Source of the DNA: an uncultured Acidobacteriota bacterium
Lineage (GTDB): Bacteria > Acidobacteriota > Terriglobia > Acidiferrales > UBA7541
Direction of reading: 5' to 3'
Length of the DNA: 32,000 bases
Assembly: GCA_963800535.1 (NCBI GenBank)
Contig: CAWDBK010000010.1
Coordinates: 72,736 to 104,735, forward strand
This document shows, one piece after another, positions 8,892 to 17,476 of this stretch; the stretch's first letter is position 1, and each line of letters opens with the position of its first letter. The notes under the pieces were generated by a model. That model did not search any database and was not told the origin of the DNA. It saw nothing but the letters and a program-made list of their open reading frames with translations. The position numbers and the translations under genes are program-made.

Positions 8892-11800
8892 CTAGAACGT
8901 AAGGCCCACCGACATCTGAATCTGCCGAGCGCTTCCAATGACTTTGTTGACCGCACCCAATCCCGCCGGGCAGTTGTAGAAACTGCCATTCGTTGGATTC
9001 GGGCAAGTATCCGGCTTCGCCGGGAGCGATCCGTCCCCTGGGAACGGGTTGAAGAATTCATTCTGTGTCACATCAGCGGTCGGAATATCGAAACTCGGAG
9101 TGTTGGTAAGGTTAAACACGTCGAACGAGTATCTGAACGTCAGCCGGTCATTGATTCGCGTCGTTTTGATGATCGAGATGTCCGCGCGCTTTTGCCACGA
9201 TTGGCGGAAAATGTTGCGCTGTCCTTTCTGGATGAAGTTGGTTTCATAAGGATCATTCGTCGGGATGGCGCCGTTAAGGTCACCAGGGTTCAACAATGGA
9301 AGCGTAAAGCAATTGGGGTTAAGCGCCGCAGTGCCGTAGGCGCCCACGACCCCGGTAAGTGCGGATTTCGGTGTGCAACCGGGCGCCAGTGGAACGATTG
9401 GGTTTGTGATGCCGTCATTCACGCTATAGAAAATGCTGCCTACCGCACCGGAGAAGTCAACGATGCTGTACGGCTGCCCGCTCTGGAAGGTCATCGTGCC
9501 TGCCAGCGCCCACCCGTCCGCAATTTTGCCCTGCCACGACGACTCAGAGAAGAAGTTGTGCAGCCGCGCGAGATAGCTCACGTTGAACACGTGCGTGCGG
9601 TCGAAATCGGAATTGCCGTAGCCCGACCGCGGATCGGCTGGGTTGTTGCCGGTGAAGAACAAACCTAACGCGCTTTGTTCATCAAGCGCGTGCGAGTAAG
9701 TGTAGGAGAATCCGAGCTGCATCCCATGACTCATGCGCTTTTCCACGTGTGTCTGCAGCGCGTTGTAGGAAGAGATGCCGACTGCGCTATAAGACTCGGA
9801 CTCCGACGAATATCCGATGAAAGGAACTCGAAGGTCCACGTTTCCGCCTTCGAAATTAAACTGATAGGGATTTCCATCGGGTAAATTGCCGTCGAGCGTG
9901 TAGCCGTAGGTATAGGACTGCGGAAATAGCGCGCCCGCAGGGCAGGTGCTCGCTGGGCCGCAGAGAGGGTTGGCCGGGGACGCGACCCGGGACTGGTTGA
10001 AAGGGATGGGCACGACTTCGTGACGGCCCGAGTTGCCGACGTAGCCGATATCGATCGCTAGATCACTCCGTGGCTGCCACTGAACGTCGAGCGTCTGATT
10101 CATGGTGTACGGCAGTTTGTTCTTTCGGTTGTACACACCGAAGACGAACAGCGGTGCACCCTCGGAGATCGCTGCGGCATTCGGCACATTGATGAGAGCC
10201 GGATTATTCGAAGGTGGCGGCCCGAGATTGAGACCCCAGGGATTAGCAAAGTCGCCGCCGAATGGATTACCTGCGTTGACTGGCGATGCACACGTGGGCA
10301 CGAAACCGAGATAGAGATCCGGCGAGATGCTCGTGCAGGTTTGGTTGTTTACATATGGGGGCGACTGGTTGACCCCGAATGGTCCTCCGGGAATCACGCC
10401 CTCGGCGAAACCGGGCGAAAGATATGCAAAAAGCTCGCCGCGGTCGTAGTACATGCCCCACCCAGCGCGGACGACGATTTTGTTGTTAAACATTTTGGGG
10501 CTCCAGGCCACGCCGATGCGAGGTGCGAAACCCCATTGCCGGCCCGTGAGCGTCGAATCGCTGACACCCTTGGTGGGGAAATCCTTGTTGTTGCCAGCGA
10601 TGATAAAACCATTCGAAGTGATGGTATCGGTCGTGGGGTCGTAGGAATATTTGCTGGGGTCGAAGTTATAAATGCGGCCGTTTTTCTCGGTCAGACCTCC
10701 GTTGTAGTCCCATCTCAGTCCTAGCGTGACGCTGAGGTTCGAGCGAAGCTGGAACTTATCTTGAATGTACTCACCGGACTCATGGGCGCGGTAGTAGCGA
10801 TCGGCATTTCCCTGCAGAAACGAGGTGGTGATGAATCCGTCGGCGGTGTACGGAGTCACAGCGCCTTCGACGAATTGAGAGAAGTCGGCGAATCCGATGA
10901 TGCCCTGATTCGTGCGCCGGTCGCGAGTATTCAGCTGGGTGTACGACCATGCCCCCCCGAACGTAATGGTGTGCTTGCCTTTAATCCAGATGGCATTAGC
11001 GGACGGCATAAAGCGGTTTTGGAACACGCCCGTGAATGCCCCCTGGGACGCGCCGCCCTGGCCGAATTGCAAGGCGACGAGCGAGCCAACGCCTTCATCG
11101 CCCAGGACGTCCGACATGGTCATGCCAGGAAACGTGGTTGAGCCGAAGGCATTGATCCCGAGATCGGCGGGTGTGAATCCGCTCGGTTGCTGAATCGTGC
11201 TGTACAGCTTTTCACGGATGAAACCGAAAACCTCGGCCACGTTGAAATTGGGCGTCAGCGTCTGGGTGTTCGTGATGGAAGCCACCTGACTGCCGGCGTC
11301 AAGGTTTTGCGTGAATCCTGCCACGCTCGAATATGCGAAGGGAGCGATACTCGGATCGTGCTGAAAGTAATATTTCAGGGCCAACGAGTCCTTGGGAGTG
11401 GCGATGAAGTCGAGGTTTGCCACCGCCTGATTTGCCTTGAAATAAGCCGTGCCAGGAACGATGGCGTTCTCCGGGAAGTTGAACGACGGATAGATGCCGT
11501 CGGCGTAGGGAATCATGTACTGCCCGTTTGGCAGCTTGGCTTGCAGAAGCTCGAGCGCGATCGGGTTGATGTCGGCGGTGGAAATGCTTCCTCCGAATTC
11601 TTGGTTCACGACTGACACCACGCAATTCTTGAATTGAGGCGACGTGCGATCGGTGCCGCAGGCCGGGTAGACGAGTCCCGTTACCGGCGAAGTGATGCCA
11701 TCTTGGGTGAATCCGTACGGGACGCTCACTCGCCCAAGTCCGATTTCCTGATCGGAATCGTGAACATTCTGGTAGGCGAGGAAACCGAAAAGCTTGTTCT

Positions 11801-12824
11801 TGATCAACGGCCCCCCGATAGTCCCGCCTGGGACTTCTCGGTGGAGTTGGGGGACCTTCTGGGTAACGTTGGGATCTTGCTTGAAGAAAAAGGGCGCGGC
11901 ATTGAGCCAGTCCGTGGCTCGATGCAAATAGGCCTGACCGTGAATGTCGTTGGTGCCTGAAGCCGTGCTCATGTCAATGTGCGCGCCGCTGGTCGAGCCT
12001 TGCTGCGCGTCGTACATGGACGTATTCACGCGCACTTCTTGGATCGTTTCCGGAGCGGGAGTGGGAATCGCCTGGCCGATCGCCAGATAGGGAGACGCCG
12101 TACTCTGAATCTCGAACGCCGCGCTACTGGCCGCACCGCTAACACCCGTATTGTTGACGACGCGGGCAGACGCGACTTGGCTGGTGCTCTTGCCGTTGAA
12201 TAGGTTCTTCGCATCAACGCCGTTCAAAAGAAAAGTATTGCTGGTGTCGCGCTGTCCGTTCGCCCAGATCGGCTGGTTGCCGAGGCCCGCGTTTACGCCG
12301 TTGCCGCTGGGAAGCTCGGCGTTCACGCCGGGGGAAAGAATTGCCAGTCCCGTGAAGCTGCCGGTCGGCAACGGAACGTCTTCTATCTGCACTTTATCCA
12401 GCACGTAGCCGTTCGTCGTGTCCACTGCGTTGACCAGCGGCGTCTCTTCAACGGTTACGGTCGTGCTTACCGATCCGAGGCTCAAAGCCGCGTTCACCGT
12501 CACGGTCCGGTCCGCTTGTACCGTGATCGACGGAATCTTCTGTGTGGTGAACGACGCGTGCGAAAAGGTCAGCGTATAAGTGCCAATCGGCAGGTTCGAG
12601 AATAGGTATCCGCCCGAATCGGTCGAGGCCTGGGTGCGCGTCAACTGCGTCTGGTCATTCACCGCCGTCACGGTCGTGCCGGGGACGACCGCACCGCTGG
12701 TATCGGTGACCGTACCAGTGATGGCGCCGAGTGTCTGTTGCGCGCGGCTTGTGGTTGCGACGCTAAGCAGCAGGCAGAAGAACGAGGCAAAAAACAAAAA
12801 CGAAAAACTCATGCGTTTCGTCAT
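8892..12824 (-). CDS. TonB-dependent outer-membrane receptor with N-terminal carboxypeptidase-regulatory-like domain
   Basis: Signal peptide MTKRMSFSFLFFASFFCLLLSVATTSRAQQ. GAITGTVTDTSGAVVPGTTVTAVN...YLFSNLPIGTYTLTF is a CarboxypepD_reg-like fold. It is followed by a plug and a very long beta-barrel rich in alternating aromatic/G/N/S/T residues, ending in the terminal ...GLTF. Alternative starts are 12857 or 12812. Confidence 0.85.
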   Translation of the reverse strand: MTKRMSFSFLFFASFFCLLLSVATTSRAQQTLGAITGTVTDTSGAVVPGTTVTAVNDQTQLTRTQASTDSGGYLFSNLPIGTYTLTFSHASFTTQKIPSITVQADRTVTVNAALSLGSVSTTVTVEETPLVNAVDTTNGYVLDKVQIEDVPLPTGSFTGLAILSPGVNAELPSGNGVNAGLGNQPIWANGQRDTSNTFLLNGVDAKNLFNGKSTSQVASARVVNNTGVSGAASSAAFEIQSTASPYLAIGQAIPTPAPETIQEVRVNTSMYDAQQGSTSGAHIDMSTASGTNDIHGQAYLHRATDWLNAAPFFFKQDPNVTQKVPQLHREVPGGTIGGPLIKNKLFGFLAYQNVHDSDQEIGLGRVSVPYGFTQDGITSPVTGLVYPACGTDRTSPQFKNCVVSVVNQEFGGSISTADINPIALELLQAKLPNGQYMIPYADGIYPSFNFPENAIVPGTAYFKANQAVANLDFIATPKDSLALKYYFQHDPSIAPFAYSSVAGFTQNLDAGSQVASITNTQTLTPNFNVAEVFGFIREKLYSTIQQPSGFTPADLGINAFGSTTFPGMTMSDVLGDEGVGSLVALQFGQGGASQGAFTGVFQNRFMPSANAIWIKGKHTITFGGAWSYTQLNTRDRRTNQGIIGFADFSQFVEGAVTPYTADGFITTSFLQGNADRYYRAHESGEYIQDKFQLRSNLSVTLGLRWDYNGGLTEKNGRIYNFDPSKYSYDPTTDTITSNGFIIAGNNKDFPTKGVSDSTLTGRQWGFAPRIGVAWSPKMFNNKIVVRAGWGMYYDRGELFAYLSPGFAEGVIPGGPFGVNQSPPYVNNQTCTSISPDLYLGFVPTCASPVNAGNPFGGDFANPWGLNLGPPPSNNPALINVPNAAAISEGAPLFVFGVYNRKNKLPYTMNQTLDVQWQPRSDLAIDIGYVGNSGRHEVVPIPFNQSRVASPANPLCGPASTCPAGALFPQSYTYGYTLDGNLPDGNPYQFNFEGGNVDLRVPFIGYSSESESYSAVGISSYNALQTHVEKRMSHGMQLGFSYTYSHALDEQSALGLFFTGNNPADPRSGYGNSDFDRTHVFNVSYLARLHNFFSESSWQGKIADGWALAGTMTFQSGQPYSIVDFSGAVGSIFYSVNDGITNPIVPLAPGCTPKSALTGVVGAYGTAALNPNCFTLPLLNPGDLNGAIPTNDPYETNFIQKGQRNIFRQSWQKRADISIIKTTRINDRLTFRYSFDVFNLTNTPSFDIPTADVTQNEFFNPFPGDGSLPAKPDTCPNPTNGSFYNCPAGLGAVNKVIGSARQIQMSVGLTF

Positions 12825-13073
12825 GGAGTGAAGTCTCCTCGTCAACATAGCGCGCAAAACAAAAAAACACCTCCGCAGGTGCCGCGTCCCCCAATGAAAC
12901 CTAAAGGCGGCGGTCCCTTTCAGCGGTGCCGATTGTGTTTTCCGAGTACTGCCTGCAAAAAGTATGGACGCGAGGCTAGACTAAATATCTTGTGGAAAAC
13001 AATAGATTTTTTCTCTCGTGCCGATCAGCAATTTTAATTTGGATTTATGAAAAGCTTATGCCCGCGCGCGAAA

Positions 13074-14012
13074 TTAGAAGAGCCGCCGTTCGGGCAGCAC
13101 GCCCTTGGGAATCGACGCCGTCACCGTAAACATCGGCTCGTTCACGACTTGCGCAAAGTGCAGGTCCATTACCGCGCTGCACAGGATGTAGGCGTCTACG
13201 TCCGCGAAATCCCAGCGTGAAACCAGCAAATCGATCATGCGCGACGTAGCCGCGCGGGCGGCCTCGGCGGCATCCGTGGAGGACTCGATCGCGATCCAGG
13301 CCCCCGATTCCGCGAATCGCTCGCGCCCTGCGGGCGATTCGGCAATAGGCGCGGCCAGCGACTGCCGCTTGTGCAGCTGAAATCGAACTGTCACGTCGGA
13401 CGGGCACTCGATGCCATTGATGCAGATTTCGCCATCGCCCTGCGCCGCGTGCGCATCACCCGCCGAAAAAAGCGCTCCGCGGTTCAGCACCGGCAGATAC
13501 AGCCGCGCGCCGCTGCACAGGTCGCGCACATCCATATTCCCGCCGAAGATTCCCGGGGGCCGCGTCCGGAATTCGCCCGGCTCCCCCGGCGCCACGCCCA
13601 TCACGCCGCAGAACGGCCGCAGCGGCACCACCGCCGGAGACATCGACCGGCTCTCGTCGCCCTCGAGCTCCCAGAGGAAAAGATACGGCTTCGAGAATCT
13701 TTCCTTCAGAAATCCGAGGCCCGGAATAATGCTCGACCAGCCCCAGCCCCGATGCGCCACCTCCAAAATATCCACTTCCAGCACGTCGCCCGGTTCTGCG
13801 CCGTCGATGAAAATAGGCCCCGTCAGCGCATGGATCCTTTCGCGATTGATCGTCTGGTATTCCGCAACGGTCATGCCGGGCCGCACCTGCAACCCGCTCG
13901 CGTCCTGGCATTCCATGCGCACCGTGTCGCCGGGCGCGACGGTCAGGCGCGGCGCCAAATCGCGATTCCACCGGGAATGAATCGGCTCGGCAGAAAGTTG
14001 GTGTTCGGCCAC
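13074..14012 (-). CDS. Acetamidase/formamidase-family amidohydrolase
   Basis: GTG start. Motifs HALTGPIFIDGAEPGDVLEVDIL, GGNMDVRDL..GA.LYLPV and GALFS.GDAHAAQGDGE are characteristic of the FmdA/AmdA family. Confidence 0.85.
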   Translation of the reverse strand: MAEHQLSAEPIHSRWNRDLAPRLTVAPGDTVRMECQDASGLQVRPGMTVAEYQTINRERIHALTGPIFIDGAEPGDVLEVDILEVAHRGWGWSSIIPGLGFLKERFSKPYLFLWELEGDESRSMSPAVVPLRPFCGVMGVAPGEPGEFRTRPPGIFGGNMDVRDLCSGARLYLPVLNRGALFSAGDAHAAQGDGEICINGIECPSDVTVRFQLHKRQSLAAPIAESPAGRERFAESGAWIAIESSTDAAEAARAATSRMIDLLVSRWDFADVDAYILCSAVMDLHFAQVVNEPMFTVTASIPKGVLPERRLF

Positions 14013-14018
14013 GACGCG

Positions 14019-14483
14019 TTAGCCCTCGATCTCTACGGTCACTTGCAGCTCCACCAGCGCATTCTTCGGCAGCGCCGTCACTCCGATCGCCGCGCGTACA
14101 TGGCGCCCCGCATCGCCGAATATCTCGACGAACAAATCCGAAGCCCCGTTGATCACCTTCGGTGAATCCTCGAACCCCTGCACCGCGTTCACGTAGCCGT
14201 TCACGCTCACGATTTGTTTCACCGCATCGAGCGATCCCAGATGCGCCTTCAATACGGCCAGTTGCGTTAACCCACAAGCCCTCGCCGCCGCATAACCTTC
14301 CTCGATGGTTCGCCCCAAACCCACGGTCCCGGTGATTACGCCATTTCCTTCGGTCGAAATCACCCCCGCCAGATAAACCAACTTTCCGACCGTTTTCGCC
14401 GGCACGTAATTTGCCCCAACCTTCGGCGGCTCCGGCAACGTGTAGCCCAGCCTGGTCAATCGCGCGTGATGTTCGGCAGCCAT
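14019..14483 (-). CDS. RidA/YjgF-family (reactive enamine/imine deaminase-like) protein
   Basis: MAAEHHARLTRLGYTLPEPPKVGANYVPAKTVGKLVYLAGVIS... ...RAAIGVTALPKNALVELQVTVEIEG. GAGGAA lies 5 nt before ATG 14483. There are 6 nt between its stop and the formamidase start. Confidence 0.8.
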   Translation of the reverse strand: MAAEHHARLTRLGYTLPEPPKVGANYVPAKTVGKLVYLAGVISTEGNGVITGTVGLGRTIEEGYAAARACGLTQLAVLKAHLGSLDAVKQIVSVNGYVNAVQGFEDSPKVINGASDLFVEIFGDAGRHVRAAIGVTALPKNALVELQVTVEIEG

Positions 14484-14681
14484 GGATGTTCCTCGCGAGC
14501 TTGTCGCGCCTTTCCAAAGGAATTCGTCGCGGCAGTTCGCCACTCTAGCACACCGCAATCTCACCCGCTGCCATCCCCATGTCTCGCCGCAGTGGCCGTC
14601 GGGTCGTGCCATCGAAGAACTTCTCGGCTTTTGCCTTCCACTTGGTCGCGACCGCTTTCAGGACTGGGCCTTTCTGATACC

Positions 14682-15566
14682 ATGTGCGCCGTGCAAACGA
14701 TTCGGATCGCCGCGATTTTGCTCGCCGTTGCGCCGTTGGCCGGCGCCACGCCCGCGCGCGCGAACGAATCATCCACGCTCGCAGCCAATCTGCACGCCGC
14801 GCGAACATCGCCGGGCGACTTGGAAATCAGCGGCGAGGTCCCGGGCATCCCCCCAAACCAGTCCCGATTTCTCACCCGCGACGATCTGCTGGCCCTCTCG
14901 GAGCCGATCACGATCTCTCCCGAAGACGGCAATTTCAAGGCGGCGACACAGGTTCGCGCGGTCACGCTCGAAAAGCTCGCCGCCGCGCTCGGCATTGCCG
15001 CCGACGAAATGATCGTTGCCGATTGCAAAGACAAATATCAGGCGCACTATCCGCGCGCCTACCTCGCCACGCATCACCCCGTGCTGGTCACGGAAATGAA
15101 CGGCGCGGCGCTTGCGGACGCAAAAGACGACGACTACGGCCCGTACATGATCGCCCACGAACATTTCGCGCCCGCGTTCAAGATTTTGGCTCACAGCGAC
15201 GAGCCGCAAATCCCTTGGGGCGTGACCGGCCTGCAATTCCGAGTCGAAAAATCGTTCCTGGCTCCCGTCGCACCGCAGGGACCGAACGCCGGCGCAAAGT
15301 CCGCGCGCGCCGGGTACCGGATCGCCGAACAAAATTGCCTGCGCTGCCATTACAACGGCACTACCGGCGGCGCAAAATCAGGCGTCGGCTGGAACGTGCT
15401 CGCCACTCTGGCCGCGCACTCGCCTGAATTCTTCACCGCCTACGTCCGCGACCCGCAGTCGAAAAATCCGAAGACGCAAATGGCCGCCAGCCCGGAGTAC
15501 GACGACGCGACCATGGCCGCGCTGATCACGTATTTCCGCACGTTCGTGCCGACGGAGGCCCGCTGA
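14682..15566 (+). CDS. Exported protein with C-terminal mono-haem cytochrome c domain; N-terminal domain unassigned
   Basis: Signal peptide MCAVQTIRIAAILLAVAPLAGATPARA from ATG 14682. A single CLRCH haem-binding motif is followed by ...MAASPEYDDATMAALITYF, with Met as a plausible distal ligand. The ORF upstream of 14682 overlaps the ridA promoter side and is not protein-like. Confidence 0.6.
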   Translation: MCAVQTIRIAAILLAVAPLAGATPARANESSTLAANLHAARTSPGDLEISGEVPGIPPNQSRFLTRDDLLALSEPITISPEDGNFKAATQVRAVTLEKLAAALGIAADEMIVADCKDKYQAHYPRAYLATHHPVLVTEMNGAALADAKDDDYGPYMIAHEHFAPAFKILAHSDEPQIPWGVTGLQFRVEKSFLAPVAPQGPNAGAKSARAGYRIAEQNCLRCHYNGTTGGAKSGVGWNVLATLAAHSPEFFTAYVRDPQSKNPKTQMAASPEYDDATMAALITYFRTFVPTEAR

Positions 15567-16054
15567 TGCTGCGCGCCGCCAAAATCGCTCTCGTTTTCGG
15601 CGTGGCGATTTTCTATCTCTTTGTGGTCTTCAACAACCTCACGGACTACGATTCGAACTACCAATTTGTCCGCCACGTCCTGATGATGGACTCGACTTTT
15701 GCCGGTAACCACGGCATGTGGCGCGCCATCAATTCTTCCGCGGTGCACAAGTCGTTTTACGATTCGATCATCGCGTGGGAAGCTCTGACGATGCTGCTCT
15801 GCTGGTGGGGCGCCGCGCGCATGGCGCGCACATTCAACGCGGATGGCGCGGAATTCGACCGCGCCAAGGGCGTGGCCATCGCCGCGCTGACGCTCAGCCT
15901 GCTGATGTGGCTCATCGCCTTCCTGGCGGTCGGCGGGGAATGGTTCCTGATGCTGGCAATCGGCCAATTGGAACGGCCAATCCGCCGCGTTCCGAATGTT
16001 CACGGTTATCGGTATAGTGCTGCTGCTGGTAGCGCAGCGCGAAAAGTGACATAG
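15566..16054 (+). CDS. DUF2165-family small integral membrane protein (probable frameshift near the 3' end)
   Basis: FNNLTDYDSNYQFVRHVLMMDSTF.GN..MWRAI...GGEWFLM matches DUF2165. The ATG overlaps the upstream TGA by 1 nt (TGATG). After ATG 15950-52 the family-typical tail WQSANWNGQSAAFRMFTVIGIVLLLVAQREK, ending at TGA 16048-16050, is in the +1 frame. This implies an extra C at 15953. Confidence 0.75.
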   Translation: MLRAAKIALVFGVAIFYLFVVFNNLTDYDSNYQFVRHVLMMDSTFAGNHGMWRAINSSAVHKSFYDSIIAWEALTMLLCWWGAARMARTFNADGAEFDRAKGVAIAALTLSLLMWLIAFLAVGGEWFLMLAIGQLERPIRRVPNVHGYRYSAAAGSAARKVT

Positions 16055-16075
16055 GGCATAACGCGCGACGCATTT

Positions 16076-17014
16076 ATGGGAGAGCACATGCACTTGATCC
16101 GTAAATTCCGTGGCACACATCTTCTCGCGGTACTGGCGATCGCCGCGCTCACGCTCGCCGGCTGCACCGCGAGCTCGAATCCATCGGACGCCAAAACGCG
16201 AACCTCGCGTCCGACCATCGTGTTCATGACCGATTTCGGCACGGCCAACGACGCCGTGGCCATCTGCAAAGCCGTGATGCTCCAAATCGCTCCCGACGCC
16301 CGCATTATGGACATCACGCAACAAGTCACGCCTTTCTCCATCGAGGAAGGCGCGCGCTTCCTATACGGCGTCACGCCGTACTACCCGGCCAACACCGTTT
16401 TCGTCGTGGTCGTCGACCCCACCGTCGGCACCTCGCGCAAAGCCGTCATCGTCAAATCGAAAAAGGGACAATATTTCGTTCTCCCCGATAACGGCCTTAT
16501 CTCTCCCGTCGCCGATCGCGACGGCATCGAGGGCGCCCGCGAGATCACCAACACGAACTGGATGATCGGCGACAAAATTTCCTCCACTTTCCACGGCCGC
16601 GACATTTTCTCGCCCACCGGGGCGCATCTGGCTTTGGGCGAAGATTGGACTCAGGCCGGTCCTGTGGTCGACAACCTCGTGAAGCTGCAGCCGAAAACAG
16701 CAACCGTCGCCGCCAACGGCATCACTGGCGAAGTGATCGGGCTCGACGACCCCTTCGGCAGTCTGATCACCGACGTCCAGGGCTCCGACTTCAAGAATCT
16801 CGGGTACGCTTACGGCGACAAAGTTACGCTGAAGATCGATCAGAAAAATTACACTTTCCCGTTCCACAAGACTTTCGGCGACGTCCCTGTCGGCCAGCCC
16901 CTCGTCTACATCGACTCGCGCGGCCGTGTGGGCATAGCCGTAAACCAGGGTGATTTCTCTAAAGTCTACAAAGTGTCGCCGCCCGTGCCGGTTTTCATTC
17001 CAGCAAAGAAATAA
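16076..17014 (+). CDS. DUF62 SAM hydrolase (S-adenosyl-L-methionine hydroxide adenosyltransferase) with lipoprotein signal peptide
   Basis: IVFMTDFGT.D..V...K.V...I.P.A.I.DIT..V.PF.I.EGA..L......YP..TVFVVVVDP.VGTSRK..I......YFVLPDNGL and STFHGRDIF.P are the DUF62/fluorinase-chlorinase superfamily blocks, with the Asp-Arg-His residues of the hydrolase type. The N-terminus M(GEHM)HLIRKFRGTHLLAVLAIAALTLAGC has a lipobox. The start may be ATG 16088. Confidence 0.85.
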   Translation: MGEHMHLIRKFRGTHLLAVLAIAALTLAGCTASSNPSDAKTRTSRPTIVFMTDFGTANDAVAICKAVMLQIAPDARIMDITQQVTPFSIEEGARFLYGVTPYYPANTVFVVVVDPTVGTSRKAVIVKSKKGQYFVLPDNGLISPVADRDGIEGAREITNTNWMIGDKISSTFHGRDIFSPTGAHLALGEDWTQAGPVVDNLVKLQPKTATVAANGITGEVIGLDDPFGSLITDVQGSDFKNLGYAYGDKVTLKIDQKNYTFPFHKTFGDVPVGQPLVYIDSRGRVGIAVNQGDFSKVYKVSPPVPVFIPAKK

Positions 17015-17115
17015 CTCGCTCCGTCAGCTTCGACAAAGAAGGCAAGCTCCGAGGCGGGCCGCTCCAGAAAAAGTCCACAGGGATGCAATCTCTTGCCACA
17101 CGCTCTCGCGTGCTA

Positions 17116-17163
17116 GCGTTTTCCCAGCCGCCCGGAGTTTGCCCCGGGCCGCGAGGGGAACGC
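17116..17163. other. Long imperfect GC-rich hairpin in non-coding spacer
   Basis: GCGTTTTCCCAGCCGCCCGG-agtttgcc-CCGGGCCGCGAGGGGAACGC has 20 stem positions: 15 Watson-Crick pairs, 2 G-U pairs and 3 mismatches. Neither strand has a downstream U-run, so it is not a canonical terminator. Confidence 0.5.
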
Positions 17164-17253
17164 GAAAAATGGAACCCGGTTCGCCGCTCGACCATCGTCG
17201 CAACGACGCCGTCATGCCGTCGCCGCCAGCGCCCGGCGCATCATTTCTTGCTC

Positions 17254-17336
17254 GTTTCTATTCGACACTGAAGCCGAATAGAAATCGCCCTAACTCGCTG
17301 AAAACAAACGATCGGTTCACAAACTATTCGACACAG
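17254..17336 (+). repeat. Intergenic repeat family 2, copy 2
   Basis: This is the reverse-complement match of 334-416, with the exact 18-nt core at 17299-17316. It is bounded by the direct repeat CTATTCGACAC (17258-17268 and 17324-17334). It contains a perfect 10-bp AT-rich hairpin, TTTCTATTCG-N10-CGAATAGAAA (17255-17284). Confidence 0.75.
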
Positions 17337-17476
17337 AAACGGGGCTATTTTAGTGGCACATAATCATGTGGGTGCTCCGCCGATCTCGATTCAATCAACC
17401 TCGAGCGCAAGCTCGGATCGAGGCGCGTCACCGGGCCTAGCATGCCGGCATTCGCGCTGCAGTCGCGCATCTCTCG

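Noticed and set aside
12861-12881. CACCT-ccgc-AGGTG hairpin followed (on the minus strand) by a T7 run, resembling a terminator ~50 nt upstream of the TonB receptor start
   Set aside because: The stem is only 5 bp. The position could equally be the end of the formamidase transcript or part of the receptor leader. The evidence is too weak to call.
13371-14517. Long ORFs 13371-14165 (+) and 13456-14517 (-) overlapping formamidase and ridA
   Set aside because: They are antisense or out of frame to well-supported genes, arginine/proline/glycine-rich, and have no start context. They are high-GC artefacts.
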